Source: Eledone cirrhosa
Lineage: Eukaryota
Direction of reading: 5' to 3'
NCBI GenBank assembly: GCA_964016885.1
Contig: OZ024740.1
Span: 162,502,001 to 162,566,000, forward strand
DNA: 64,000 nucleotides
Shown here: positions 14,719-29,163 of the stretch, in pieces
How positions within the stretch are numbered: position 1 is the first letter of the stretch
How the letters are laid out: each line of letters starts with the position of its first letter
Notes under the pieces: model-generated
The model's database searches: none
Told to the model about the DNA's origin: nothing
What the model saw: only the letters and a program-made list of their open reading frames with translations
Position numbers and translations under genes: made by a program

Positions 14719-15277
14719 TGAAAGACGTAAAATAAAAAAATAAAAAAATAAATGTTTTAAATTAACCTACTTACTAAAATGTTCACTCCAACTAATTAGT
14801 TTCTGTAATGGGATAAAGACAGTTACGTAATATAACCGTCGAGAATTCTCTATATTTATCTCCAAATTATTTATTTGTTGAGCAAACCTGCCAAAACCAC
14901 TACTAATTCACTGGTGTGGTAGTAGGCTTCTGTCATCTTACCATCCCACTCCTTCCGACTAGCCTCAGTGTCACGTGATTGATTCTTTAGAATCTGCCAT
15001 TTGACCAGAGACAGCGAGCTTTTCAGTGCATGGAATCCAGTCCCCGCTAGCTGTTCCATCTACCGAATTATTATTATTTTTATATGACTCCCCAGTGTCC
15101 GCGCATTGCCTGGAGACTTAACTGAGAATAGACTCCCTGATGACGTAATGAATTCTCGACGGTTATATTACGTAACTGTCTTTATCCCATTACAGAAACT
15201 AATTAGTTGGAGTGAAAATTTTAGTAAGTAAGTTAATTTTTTAATTTTTTTTTTAATTTTCTTATTTTACGTCTTTC
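14719..15277. mobile_element. Fold-back PLE-type tail element
   Basis: About 14720-14848 is the reverse complement of about 15150-15278; complete HHR only on the right side. Confidence 0.85.
15132..15213 (+). ncRNA. Hammerhead ribozyme with extended stem II
   Basis: ACUCC-CUGAUGA-CGUAAUG...CAUUACA-GAAA-CUAAUUAG(palindrome)-UU-GGAGU. Confidence 0.82.
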
Positions 15278-15303
15278 AATATTTATTTATAAAACAAATT
15301 TGC

Positions 15304-15367
15304 ATTTTATCTGATGAAAGCCCACCAAAATTTGCCTTGGTTGCCTTTGAAATATATATAATAAAAT
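15304..15367 (+). ncRNA. Minimal PLE-type hammerhead ribozyme
   Basis: AUUUUAU-CUGAUGA-AAGCCCACCAA..UUGGUUGCCUUU-GAAA-UAUAUA-UA-AUAAAAU. Confidence 0.78.
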
Positions 15368-15410
15368 AAATATGGTTTTATAAATATAGTTTCCATTTAT
15401 TAATATATTG

Positions 15411-15477
<67 letters not shown>

Positions 15478-15689
15478 AACTATCTGGTTGTGGAACCAAC
15501 CAACCAACCAGAAATTTATAAATTTATAAATTTGTAAATTTATAAATATATAATAAATTGAAGTGAAAGCAACTGGTGCGTGTGTTTCTTATTGGCAACA
15601 TGACCCTCCCAAAGTATAACAATATATATATATATATATATAATATATATATATATATATAATATGTATAATATATATATATATATATA

Positions 15690-15740
<51 letters not shown>

Positions 15741-15768
15741 ATATATATTATATATATATATATATATA

Positions 15769-15810
<42 letters not shown>

Positions 15811-15811
15811 A

Positions 15812-15909
<98 letters not shown>

Positions 15910-16049
15910 ATACTTTGGGAGGGTCATGTTGCCAATAAGAAACACACGCACCAGTTGCTTTCACTTCAATTTATTATATATTTATAAATTTACAAATTTA
16001 TAAATTTATAAATTTCTGGTTGGTTGGTTGGTTCCACAACCAGATAGTT

Positions 16050-16124
<75 letters not shown>

Positions 16125-16163
16125 ATATTAATAAATGGAAACTATATTTATAAAACCATATTT

Positions 16164-16227
16164 ATTTTATTATATATATTTCAAAGGCAACCAAGGCAAA
16201 TTTTGGTGGGCTTTCATCAGATAAAAT
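16164..16227 (-). ncRNA. Minimal PLE-type hammerhead ribozyme, inverted copy of 15304-15367
   Basis: Reverse complement of the 15304-15367 motif. Confidence 0.78.
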
Positions 16228-16442
16228 GCAAATTTGTTTTATAAATAAATATTGACATACCCGCATAAAGACAACCTTAACGGTTGAGGTTCGGTGGATA
16301 GATCCCCGTCTTATCTCTATCTTGTTTGGCAGGTGTATATATGTAACTGGATAGGGGGGGAGCAAATATAGGGACTACTTCAAAGTTAATATCAATGTTT
16401 AGTAGTAGTAGTAGTAGTAGTAGTAACAGCAGCAGTTGCAAC

Positions 16443-16522
<80 letters not shown>

Positions 16523-17021
16523 CAGTAGTAGTTCGCAGACTATCAATATATATATGTATATATATATATATATATGTTAATGGAATGGAATGAAACGAAA
16601 TTTCATTTCTCACTCTTAGTACGGCACTTACTTAAATGTAAGTATGTATGTATGTATGTATATGTACATACATATATGTATACAGACGTACAGTAGTATG
16701 CATATATATACACACATGCACACATATATATATATGCACGTATCGGTTTACCGAACATTTATTATAATGCTCGGTTTGTTTGTAAACAAACAAACATATA
16801 TATATATATATATATATATATAGGAACGAGTAGGACCCCGACGGCTGAGCTCAAGCCGTTTCGACGGAGAATTCTGGACTAATACTACTAAAATTAGCCG
16901 CCGAAACGGCTTGAGCTCAGCCGTCGGCGTCCTACTCGTTCCTATTACCCACTCTACTACCCTAAGTATTGAGTACTTTGGTGCGTTATGGTCCATCTGG
17001 TTCCGTACCACATTTCCTTCG

Positions 17022-17080
<59 letters not shown>

Positions 17081-17147
17081 TATATTGATAGTCTACGGTA
17101 TGGGGCCGGGAAGACCGCAAATCCGAAACATCGTATGATGCAGAGTG

Positions 17148-17920
<773 letters not shown>

Positions 17921-18428
17921 AGGAAAAGGGTCAGGACCCCAACGGCTTAGCTCCGGCCGTTTCGACAGCTAGATCCGGATTTGACACTTTTTCTATTACC
18001 CACTCTACTAACCTAAGTATTGAGTACTCTGGTGCGTTATGGTCCACCTGGTATCTTACCACACCTTCTCTGTAGTTATATATATGTGTATATATCTAGG
18101 GATTGTAACGTCCAGTTATTGTAGGTTAACCGGAGTGGGCGCGATTGATCAGCTCAAGGCTCGATCTGTATTGATCTGGCCCGACTCTGGAATCAAAAGC
18201 TCGTTGGACTTCTAATATGGTAGCGAGTGGATGATTCTCTTACGGCTTTTTTATTATTATTCCATATTCTGGCCCGATCGATACAGATTGAGCCTTGAGC
18301 TGATCAATTGCGAAACGCGCGTCACTAAACGCAAATTATGAATTGCTGAAATTAAAATACTTCTCACGAAATCAAACACATACTTCGTAGGTAAAGGGAC
18401 ATTTAGGAACAGACTCACTTTTGACCCC

Positions 18429-18459
<31 letters not shown>

Positions 18460-18690
18460 TAGGGTGCGTGTGTCTGCGCGCGTGCGTGCGTGTGTGTGTG
18501 TGTGTGTTGCAATTCTTTTATTTTTTTACTGGTTTCATACTAGTACACTGTTTTCAAGGGATTTAGTTGACCCTATCGACCTCGGTAAGCTCATTTTGTC
18601 AAGACTGGTACGTATTATATCCATTTTTGTACCAAACAATAAACATACGCTCACACACACACATGTATTTACATGCACTCACACACACAT

Positions 18691-18906
18691 AATGGTTTCT
18701 GATTTAGGCACAAGGCCAGCAATTTGGGGGAGGCGAAGTTGATTAAATTGACCTCAGTGCGTGACTGGTACTTTATTTTATCGACACCGTAAGGATGAAA
18801 GGCAAAAGCAAAACTAACCGCGACAAGATTTGAACTCAGAACGCAAAGGGCTGTAACTACACACCACGAAGCAATGTGTCCGACGCTCTACCGATACTGC
18901 CAATCC
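18691..18906 (-). mobile_element. tRNA-derived SINE, longer subfamily
   Basis: Shares head (GGATTGGCAGTATCGGTAGAG), B box and GGCCTTGTGCC tail with the main family, plus an extra internal segment. Confidence 0.82.
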
Positions 18907-19163
18907 TGGGTTTTACACAGTTTCTGTCTAACAGACTTAATTCAGAAGATGTTGATCAACTCGAGTATATAATAGAAGACATACCCAAAATGACACGCAA
19001 TATGCCCGAACCCGAAACCACATAGATATAAAGCGTGCTACTTAATCACACAACTATACCTTCTAAGAAAATATACATATTGGGCTACTTTCGAACACAA
19101 TCCACTACTGCCTACATTAAATTTATCTTTAATCTTCTAACAGATAAATATAAGTATTAATGT

Positions 19164-19346
19164 GAATTGGCAGTATCGGTAGAGGGTCAGACGCCATGCT
19201 TTCTAGCATAGTTATGTCCCTTTATGATCTGAGTTCAAATCCCGCCGAGGTTAACTTTGTCTTTCATCCTTACGAGGTCGATAAAATAAAGTACCAGTAA
19301 TGTACTGAGGTAATTGCTGGCCTTGTGCCAAAAAGTAGAAACAATT
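19164..19346 (+). mobile_element. tRNA-derived SINE, main family, full length
   Basis: A box TGGCAGTATCGG, B box GAGTTCAAATCC; ATTAATGTG on both sides. Confidence 0.9.
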
Positions 19347-19521
19347 AATGTGGTGTGGTAAATATGTATGTATACACAAGGTCCGAACACAATGGAACCA
19401 CTACTTATTTAAACATTTTTGGCTACATTTTAAGGAATTTATTAAGCAACCCCTACTACTACTACTATAACTACCGTTACTACTGCTGCTGTTGCCGTCG
19501 CAGCTGCTGCTGCTACTGCTG

Positions 19522-19560
<39 letters not shown>

Positions 19561-20107
19561 ACACTAACACTACTACTACTGCTACTACTACAACTACTAC
19601 TACTACTACTGTTGCAATTGCTGCTGTTACTACTACTACTACTACTACACATTGATTTTAACTTTGAAGTAGCCCATATATTTGCCCACCCCCTATCCAG
19701 TCACATATATACACCTGCCAAACAAGATAGAGATAAGACGGGGATCACAATGTCACATTTATATTTATCTCAATGTAACCACTGTGGGTCTTACTTTACA
19801 AATTTCTAACACCGATTATAGTTCTATCTATCAATTTGGAATAATTCATTCTGGATTATCTGAAGTTTACATTTGTTGCTTTCACTGTATGTAAGCTCAT
19901 TTTTTATGCGCATGACCCCACAACACCTCCTATAATTTATCATGGATTTAAGCCCGTTAAAAGGGCAAATATGGGCAAGGTTATCTATATCGTAAAAAGC
20001 CAAAACGAATACTAAATATATAAGCTAAAGAAAATCCAGTGTGTCAAAGCAGCACGATGATGTTTGTCAGTATACGTATTTAAACGAATCCTACACATCT
20101 CATTCAA

Positions 20108-21131
<1,024 letters not shown>

Positions 21132-21381
21132 TGTTTGGGTGTGTTGTGTGTATGTTTGTGTGTGTATGACACTGGTAATTGAGGTTAATTTAATCTAATA
21201 TATATACCACAAGGCTTCTGTGTTCCACTAGCAGAGTACACTATGTTGCACACATTTGTGCCAGATCTCCGGTCTCAATATATCCTCACCGCTTCTCCCA
21301 CAAGTCACGGAGGTCATGGCATGATCGCTGCCCTTCCACCTCTGAATAAGTAATACATATATATATATATTACGCGCGCGC

Positions 21382-21422
<41 letters not shown>

Positions 21423-21665
21423 CGCGCGCGCGCGTGTGTGTACTCGCGCTAACACGCTATCGTAAAGGCAGTAAGCTATGGTAAGTGAGGTTTCACTTCA
21501 AATAGAACATTGAAACTTGCTCATTTAAATTCTAAACAACCCCCAACAATTTCGTTAGTGTTATATGCTATGAAAGCATAGTGAGATTTAAGCAATCCAT
21601 TTGCTTTTCGTAAAAAGACCTTTTACATTCAACAAATTATTTTAATTATGTTATATTATATATGT

Positions 21666-21972
21666 GGTAAAGACTCCTTCGTTCACGAATGACCATGGGA
21701 TTTGTACCTAGAAAGTTCCCCTCCGAGGCAAAATCCTAGGCAAGATTATTTGTGGAAGACCAGCTGTCGCCTATGCATACCAATCTCCCCTCTCCATGTC
21801 ACTAATGTTGTCCAAGGGAAAGGCAAACGCCGATACAGCATTGCACCGGTGATGTCACAACTCATTTCTACATCTGAATCAACTGGAGCAACGTAAAATA
21901 GAGTGTCTTTCTCAAGGACACAACGCATCACCCGGTCAAACTCATAACCTCTCGATTTGCAAACTATGCGCC
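21666..21972 (-). mobile_element. SINE of the second family
   Basis: Reverse strand shows a degenerate tRNA-like head, then TTGTGTCCTTGAGAAAGACAC core and a GGAGTCTTTACC tail. Confidence 0.7.
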
Positions 21973-21987
21973 TTTATATATATATAA

Positions 21988-22036
<49 letters not shown>

Positions 22037-22361
22037 CGTGCGTGTGTGTGTGTGTGCGTGCGCGTGCGTGCGTGTGTGTGTGTATAAACACACTTACATG
22101 TAGGCATGCATACACACTGAAACCGAAACGGACACGTACCCACGACATAACCATGCTACACACACAGACATACACCGCAATACGCAGATCCCTAGCGATT
22201 CCGAGATTATTTGCAGAAGCCCCCACCCCATGTTAACTCCGCACCTCCTCCTTCCTAAACTACTACTACACTCATGAATATATTGCCTAAATGATAGTTT
22301 TAATTTAGTCTCCAAAATTCTGCAAGTTCAAGCAGCTCTTGAATTTTCTCATTAAAATAAT

Positions 22362-22543
22362 TGTTTCTACTTTTGGCACAAGGCCAGCAATTACACCAGT
22401 GTATTACTGGTACTTTATTTTATCGACCCCGTAAGGATGAAAGGCAAAGTTAACCTCGGCGGGATTTGAACTCAGAATGGCAAGGGCCGTAACTCTATGC
22501 GTCAAAGCATGGCGTCCGACCCTCTACCAATACTGCCAATCCA
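22362..22543 (-). mobile_element. tRNA-derived SINE with a 17-bp target-site duplication
   Basis: TTTCTCATTAAAATAAT at 22345-22361 and 22544-22560. Confidence 0.93.
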
Positions 22544-23409
22544 TTTCTCATTAAAATAATATCTAAACATAGGAATGACTCGATACAAATTAGAGAGGCT
22601 ACAGAAATAGAATTAAGGAACCCTAGGCTGAACAGAAAACATGAGTGGAGTAGCAACAACCATACAAACACACACTACTGTTTAAAGATAGAATATAAGT
22701 ATACACAGATGCAATAACAACACCCACACACAAACACACACTAGTGATGAAAAATAGAATATAAACACATAAAAACATACAGATTCACATACGAACACAC
22801 ACCAAACAGAATACTCGCACATAAATGCATGCGCAAACAGAGACAACCCCAACAAATTTTAGAAACGCATCGGGTGGAAACAGCGATAATCACAGATGTC
22901 ACAGAAATGTGTGACGAAGAACTTTGAGAAATTATATGTATATTTATATTTTTAACTATTGGTTTAATCAATGATAAACATTGATTACCAGCTAAATTAT
23001 TTATTTAAAAATATACTGAAACTGAAGTGAAACCAAACCAAATATGGAGTGTGTTTTACTATTTTTGGCAATATTAGGACAACATGACTCTCCCCAAATA
23101 TAACAAAAAATATTCTGAATCCCAAAACAATTTTCTTAAAATACAAATAAGTAAAACAAAAGAAAACAAAACACAGCAACAATAATAAAACAAAAAATGA
23201 AGCCCTACCTAATATAAAGGTTTGACATGTGTCAGTGTAAGCACCCATTCACATTTATCATCATCAACAGCAGCAGCAGTAGCAGCAATATCAGCAGCAA
23301 CATCAACAACAACATCGGGGCCATCGCTGTGATTATCCTCCTTATTCTTGTTCCCTTCACCTCCAGTACATTGTCAACATCTTCATCACCATTCGCCTTC
23401 TTATCATCG

Positions 23410-23451
<42 letters not shown>

Positions 23452-26244
23452 CCGTTATCAACATTATTATTGCTTTTATCATCATTATCAACCTCATTCT
23501 TCTTATCTTCTTAGAGACCATCGTTATGACAATCATCGTCATAATCGTAATCACTATTATAATCTTATTGGCAACAGCACCAATATGCTATGTCCAACAT
23601 TTTTCTGTCTCTTTATCATTCCAACTTACACAATCAACAACTATAAGATATCCAAGAGAAAGAAATACAGTCCCAGAGAAATACGTTCGACTTTCTGGTT
23701 TAGATCGCACTCAAGTTGCAATTAGTGATCCTATATCTCTTGCAAAAAACCGTATACCGAACAATCACAGCACATACTGACAACATAGAAAGGAATTTAC
23801 ATGAATTCAATAATAAGGATAATTTCCTTCAGCATATCTACCAGTTCAAGTGAAGAGACATGGGAAATTCTGCGTTTAAAAAATAACATTTTCTCCAACA
23901 ATATATGACATCGCACCAAGCCATATTTCAATGAAATACAGAATTGTAGGCTTTGCTCAACCGAGAGAGTCTAAATCCTCAAGCAAACTGCATTTTTTTA
24001 TCGAGAGTCATGGATTTTGCCATATTGTCTTGACTGGTGGAAGTTTCTCTTTAGAGTACTTCCAAAATTCACAGAACCTCAAATATCACAACTCACGGAG
24101 ATCATTAAACGTCCACTTTTAAAAAATCAATTTCAGCTTTGTACAATAATCGCCTTTAAAGGCATAACTATAAGCTTCCGGTATAACACACTATAATTCA
24201 GAAACAGTAGCTTCGCAATGACTAAACTTAACCAGAAATATTCGATACACAAGTGAACCTATTGGAATTACCATTTTCCGCTATCACCCACTATTATTCA
24301 CTGTCATCAGAAAGATAACATCCACATACTACGTATATGTATGTGTGCACGTACGTATGTGTGAGAGAGTATAGATATATAAAGTCGAGAAGTCCTGTTG
24401 TGGTTAGAACCCTGTCGTTAGACAAAATATACAAACAGACGACTAATAAGCGATAACTGTGGAAAGGAAGAAAGATTGTTTGCAGCGTGGATATATGTCA
24501 TAGCAACACTTGTTGTATGCATGTAAAACTTGAGTCACATACCAGTAAAATATAAAAATACATGAACATTTTCATTAACGGTCTTCGCCGAAAACTCGGT
24601 ATCCATTGGCAATCATAGATGAATGATGGTGATGTGTTGGAACGAAGTCATTTTGAAAGTATTGAATCTCTCATAATTCAATATAGATCATGGTATTATT
24701 AAACAGTTAGTAGCTTCGGATACGACGATACAGTGGTACAACTGTAAATGGATAAACTTTAAGGTGTGAAGTCATTACGTGCGTGGAGCTGGATATATAT
24801 ATACATACAAATATAAATTTACCGAGAATCGCATTTCGGCGGGTAGAAATTGGCGAAACGCAACTTCTGTATTGTGCAGACAAGCGCTCCATGGATATGA
24901 AGATACCAGAGCTATAAACATAAGTTAAAATGGTCATACAAACTGAGACGATGGTTAAGAAGCCATTAACCACCTTAGCCAAAAAAGCGAACAAGCTAAA
25001 CGGGTCAAACAAAATATGGTATGATTGAAATAGTGATGAAGAATAAGAAATATTTTGAGGATGTATCTAGAATATATATATAGAAGTGGATAAGAGGTAA
25101 ATCGAAATAGATAGATAGATAAAGAGAAATAGAGATGAAGAAATTGAGAGTAAGAAATAAAGACAGTGGGAGTAAAAGAGAGAGGTGTTAAGAATGTTTA
25201 ATCAAATCATATTTTATAGAGCTGATTTAATCTGTGATGTGAACACCATCTTAAGTGGAGCAAGAGAGATTTTAATATTTTGTACAAAAGATGGAGAAGG
25301 TAAAACCCATTATGGCTTCAGTGACAGGGGTGTGTGTGTGTTAGGTCGGTGGAGGGGTTCTGTGTGATTGCACTCAGTTACATTTGTCCAATGTTTAATG
25401 GCTAATAATATAGAGTAAGGAAATTGTATTTAGATGACGATATAATTGCTGTTGATGTTGTTTTTGCTGTTGTGCTGTTGTTTAGCCAGAAGTCAATCTT
25501 GATCGAATAAACCTTTGAACAAAGTTATTCCAGAGGAGTCAATAACGAATGTTTTTTTGTTTTCAGATATATTGTAGCTGTAACTGTATTTTCAAATGTG
25601 TCCTTTTTTTAAACAAAAACAGAATATGTGTGATTTGCGGGTGATTTAGCTGCACTTTCCAGCAAGATGAATGATTCGGAGAGAAAGGTTGAGAATTTCT
25701 TCACTTATTTTCTAATTTGAAACTCGTCGATGATAAGGTTTCTAAATCCCTACATGAAAAACAAAAAATAAATACAAACTCATTTAAACGTTAACTAATT
25801 TTATATAAGTTACTTACCTATGAATATTAAATAAACGATCACTATCTATTTTGTATTTGCTGTTCACCCTTGGGGTGAAAAAAGTCTTCCTATTCCTGTT
25901 GTAAAGGTTTCCTCATTGGTGCGACGATATAGCTGTAAATAATATTTAGTTCCAGGTCATACCTAATCGAATAGAGATGTATGATCAAAAGCATTCTAGC
26001 CGTGAGAATTACATCCCCTTTTTCCTAGACAAATTTATTTAAAACTACATTTTGTCTTTAGCTGTTATTCCTAAGTTGAGCAGCCACGTGAAAGCTTCTT
26101 TGGCGTTATAATTATAATGTGAAGAGCATTGAGAAACAAAATACAACCAAGAAAGATAATAGAAATATCGACAAAGATGATCAAGTTGAAACACCATCAA
26201 CAACAATAATTATTAATTTCTTCTGAATAGATAAAAAGGCAAGT

Positions 26245-26434
26245 TTTTAGGTTAGGGTTAGGGTTATGGTTGAATTAACCCTAACCCTATCCCTGACCAT
26301 AACCCTAAAAAATAACCCTAACCCTAAATATATTACATTTGTTTTAGTCACTTTACGGATATAAACGACCGGAGTAACTTTCGTTGGGGTTCACCGGGCG
26401 AAATTAATTCAGTGGCGAAATTAATTCAGTAACC
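26245..26434. repeat. Inverted TTAGGG/CCCTAA-like repeats plus tandem GGCGAAATTAATTCAGT; probable non-autonomous element end
   Basis: Seen directly; classification uncertain. Confidence 0.55.
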
Positions 26435-26439
26435 CCCTG

Positions 26440-28776
26440 AGAGCGGTCAGTCCACGTGGTAACTTCGGCGCGCGAGCATCTCTGTTGTGTTACTATTGTG
26501 ATTTTAGTTGCTTTTGGTTTATTTCGATAAAAATCTTACTTTCAACCATGAGTCCTAAGAAAGTGGGTGCCAAGAACACTGGCGAGAAAAAGAAAAGGAT
26601 GATGTCTATGGATATTAAGCACGAAATCGTAGAAAAACATGAGCGTGGTGTGCGTGTTATTGACTTGGCAAAGGAGTACGATCGTAGTACTTCTACATTA
26701 TGTACTATTTTTAAACAAAAGGATTCAATAAAGGCTATGACACCAGCCAAGGGTGTTAAGATAATTTCTAAGCTCCGGACCTCTGTCCATGAAGAGATGG
26801 AAAAGTTGCTGTTGGGGTGGTTGACTGAGAAGCAGCTCGCTGGAGATACCGTAACCGAGACCATCATCTGTGAGAAGGCACGAGTTATTTATGGAGATTT
26901 GGTGCGGCAGACGGCGGGATCATCCTCGGACGAGGCATCGGAAGAGTCATTCAAAGCCAGTTGGGGATGGTTTGATAATTTTAAAAAGAGGACTGGCATT
27001 CACTCCGTCGTCAGGCATGGTGAGGCTGCAAGCTCAGATTTTAAGGCAGCTGAAGAATTTACTTCATTTTTTGGTGAACTGGTAGAAGCCGAAGGATACA
27101 CCCCCCAGCAAGTCTTTAACTGTGACGAGACAGGGCTATTTTGGAAAAAGATGCCAAGGAGAACATACATAACAGCAGAGGAGAAGAGCTTGCCAGGCCA
27201 CAAACCTATGAAGGATAGGTTGGCTCTTGCACTGTGTGCAAATGCGAGTGGCGATTTAAAGATTAAACCGCTACTCGTATATCACTCGGAAAACCCCAGG
27301 GCCTATAAGAGTCATCAGATTCTTAAAGAAAAACTGCAGGTTATGTGGAGGGCAAACCCAAAGACATGGGTCACCAGGGAGTTTTTTGTGCAGTGGGTAA
27401 ACCTGGCTTTTGGTCCTGCAGTCAAGAAGTATCTTTTAGATAATAACCTGCCCCTGAAAGCTCTACTCGTCCTTGACAATGCTCCCACACACCCACCAAA
27501 TCTCGAGGATGACTTCTTAGAAGAATTCAAGTTAATTAAGGTATTGTACCTTCCAACCAACACCACCCCTATCCTTCAGCCCATGGACCAGCAGGTGATT
27601 TCGAATTTTAAAAAGCTCTTCACCAAGCATCTCTTCCGGCGCTGCTTTGAGGTTACGCAAAACACAAACCTCACCCTTCGAGAGTTCTGGAAAGAACATT
27701 ACACTATCGTAGCCTGCCTCAAAATTATAGACATTGCCTGGCAGGGTGTTACAAGGAGGACCTTAAACTCTGCATGGAAGAAGCTGTGGCCCAAGGTTGT
27801 GTCCGAAAGGGACTTCGAAGGATTCGAACCCGCACCCGAAGAGTTAGTGGAGGAGGAGATCGTGTCCATCGGAAAATCCATGGGCCTGGAAGTGGACGAA
27901 GGAGACGTCAACGGAGGAATTAAAGGAGCTAGAGGACCAGCAGCATACGGAGATTTGGCAGGAAATTAATGAGGGGCCAGAGTCAGAGATTGTAGTAATC
28001 CCTTCAAGTGAAATTAAGGAAATGTTGGGAATTTGGGAGAAACTTAATGATTTTATTGACAAAAATCATCAAGAAAAAGTTGGAACAAGTCATGCGTTGG
28101 CACTGTTTAACGACACTTGCCTCACTCATTTCAGAAACATTTTAAAAGGGAGGAAGAAACAAACCTCCTTGGACAGGTTTTTATTGAAACGCCCTCAAAG
28201 CGAAGGCAAGGAAAGTGTGGCCAAAAAACCAAAAGTCAGTGAAAATGATGATGACAGTAACTGAAGTACCGTAGAGTACGAAAAGAAAAAAAAAGTTTAA
28301 AAAAAATAGCAATTAAGTTTAGCGATTAAGTGTAGCATAGTTTGTAAGTTAAATTTAGATATAAAAAATAGCATTAACTGCGTAGTGAGTAAGTCAAGTT
28401 AAGAGATAGAGCGCAAAACGAAAAACATTGACAGCCTCCCCCGTCATTCTCCTCCACCTCTGCCAATCTCCTCCACCACCGCCAGCTTTTTTGTCTCATC
28501 TTGAAGGTAAATGCACTTAATAAATCCAGTTTTTTTTCTTTACATTCTCTTTGATTATGTTCTTATTATTTCATTATACATTATCTGTTATTTATAAAGT
28601 ATATTTTGCTTATTAAAAACACGTAACATAAATAAATTGGTGTGGTTTTGGGGGGTTAGAACGGATTAATAGCATTTCAGTTAACTTCAATGGGGAAAAA
28701 TGATTTGAGATACGACTAAATTGGGTTACGGGCTCGGTCTCGGAACGAATTAAACTCGTATCTCAAGGTATCACTG
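26440..28776 (+). mobile_element. Tigger-like DNA transposon; right TIR present, left TIR not found
   Basis: Right end CTCGTATCTCAAGGTATCACTG followed by TA, as expected for a pogo/Tigger terminus; left boundary approximate. Confidence 0.78.
26548..28264 (+). pseudogene. Tigger/pogo-type DDD transposase (CENP-B-like HTH plus DDE_1), frameshifted near 27912
   Basis: Likely start MSPKK at 26548; motifs FKAS.GWFDNFKKR, VFNCDETGLFWK, LVLDNAP.H, ILQPMDQ; C-terminus EELKEL..KKQTSLDRF continues in the 28022-28264 frame. Confidence 0.92.
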
Positions 28777-28980
28777 TACTTGTAAAATGATTATCTGATT
28801 GAAAGGATATATTTTGCGCTTACAAAAATGTTCGATTTATTCACTAGAAACGGTATGCATTACATTTTCAAATTTATTTCTCGCAGAGCTGCCAAACTCT
28901 AAAAGCCCAGACGGGGAGTGCCATGAAAAGTGCCAAAAAGACGGGGAGAAATGAGGCAAAATGGGGAGATTATATATAAT

Positions 28981-29163
28981 TGTTTCTACTTTAGGCACAA
29001 GGCCAGTAATTACCCAGTGTATTACTGGTACTTTATTTTATCTACCCCGTAGGGATGAAAGGCAAAGTTAACCTCGGCGGGATTTGAACTCAGAATGGCA
29101 AGGGCCGTAACTCAATGCGTCAAAGCATGGCGTCCGACCCTCTACCGATACTGCCAATTCACC
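28981..29163 (-). mobile_element. tRNA-derived SINE with a 17-bp TSD; older deleted copy follows at about 29180-29340
   Basis: GGGAGATTATATATAAT at 28964-28980 and 29164-29180. Confidence 0.93.

Larger units (their letters stand above)
15278..16255. repeat. Inverted duplication with arms of about 345 bp around a (TA)n spacer
   Basis: About 15278-15623 is the reverse complement of about 15906-16255, near-identical outside the microsatellites. Confidence 0.92.

Noticed and set aside
24729-24740. TACAGTGGTAC as the Tigger left TIR
   Set aside because: Similarity to the right TIR ends after about 9 bp, and the 1.7 kb that follows is unrelated.
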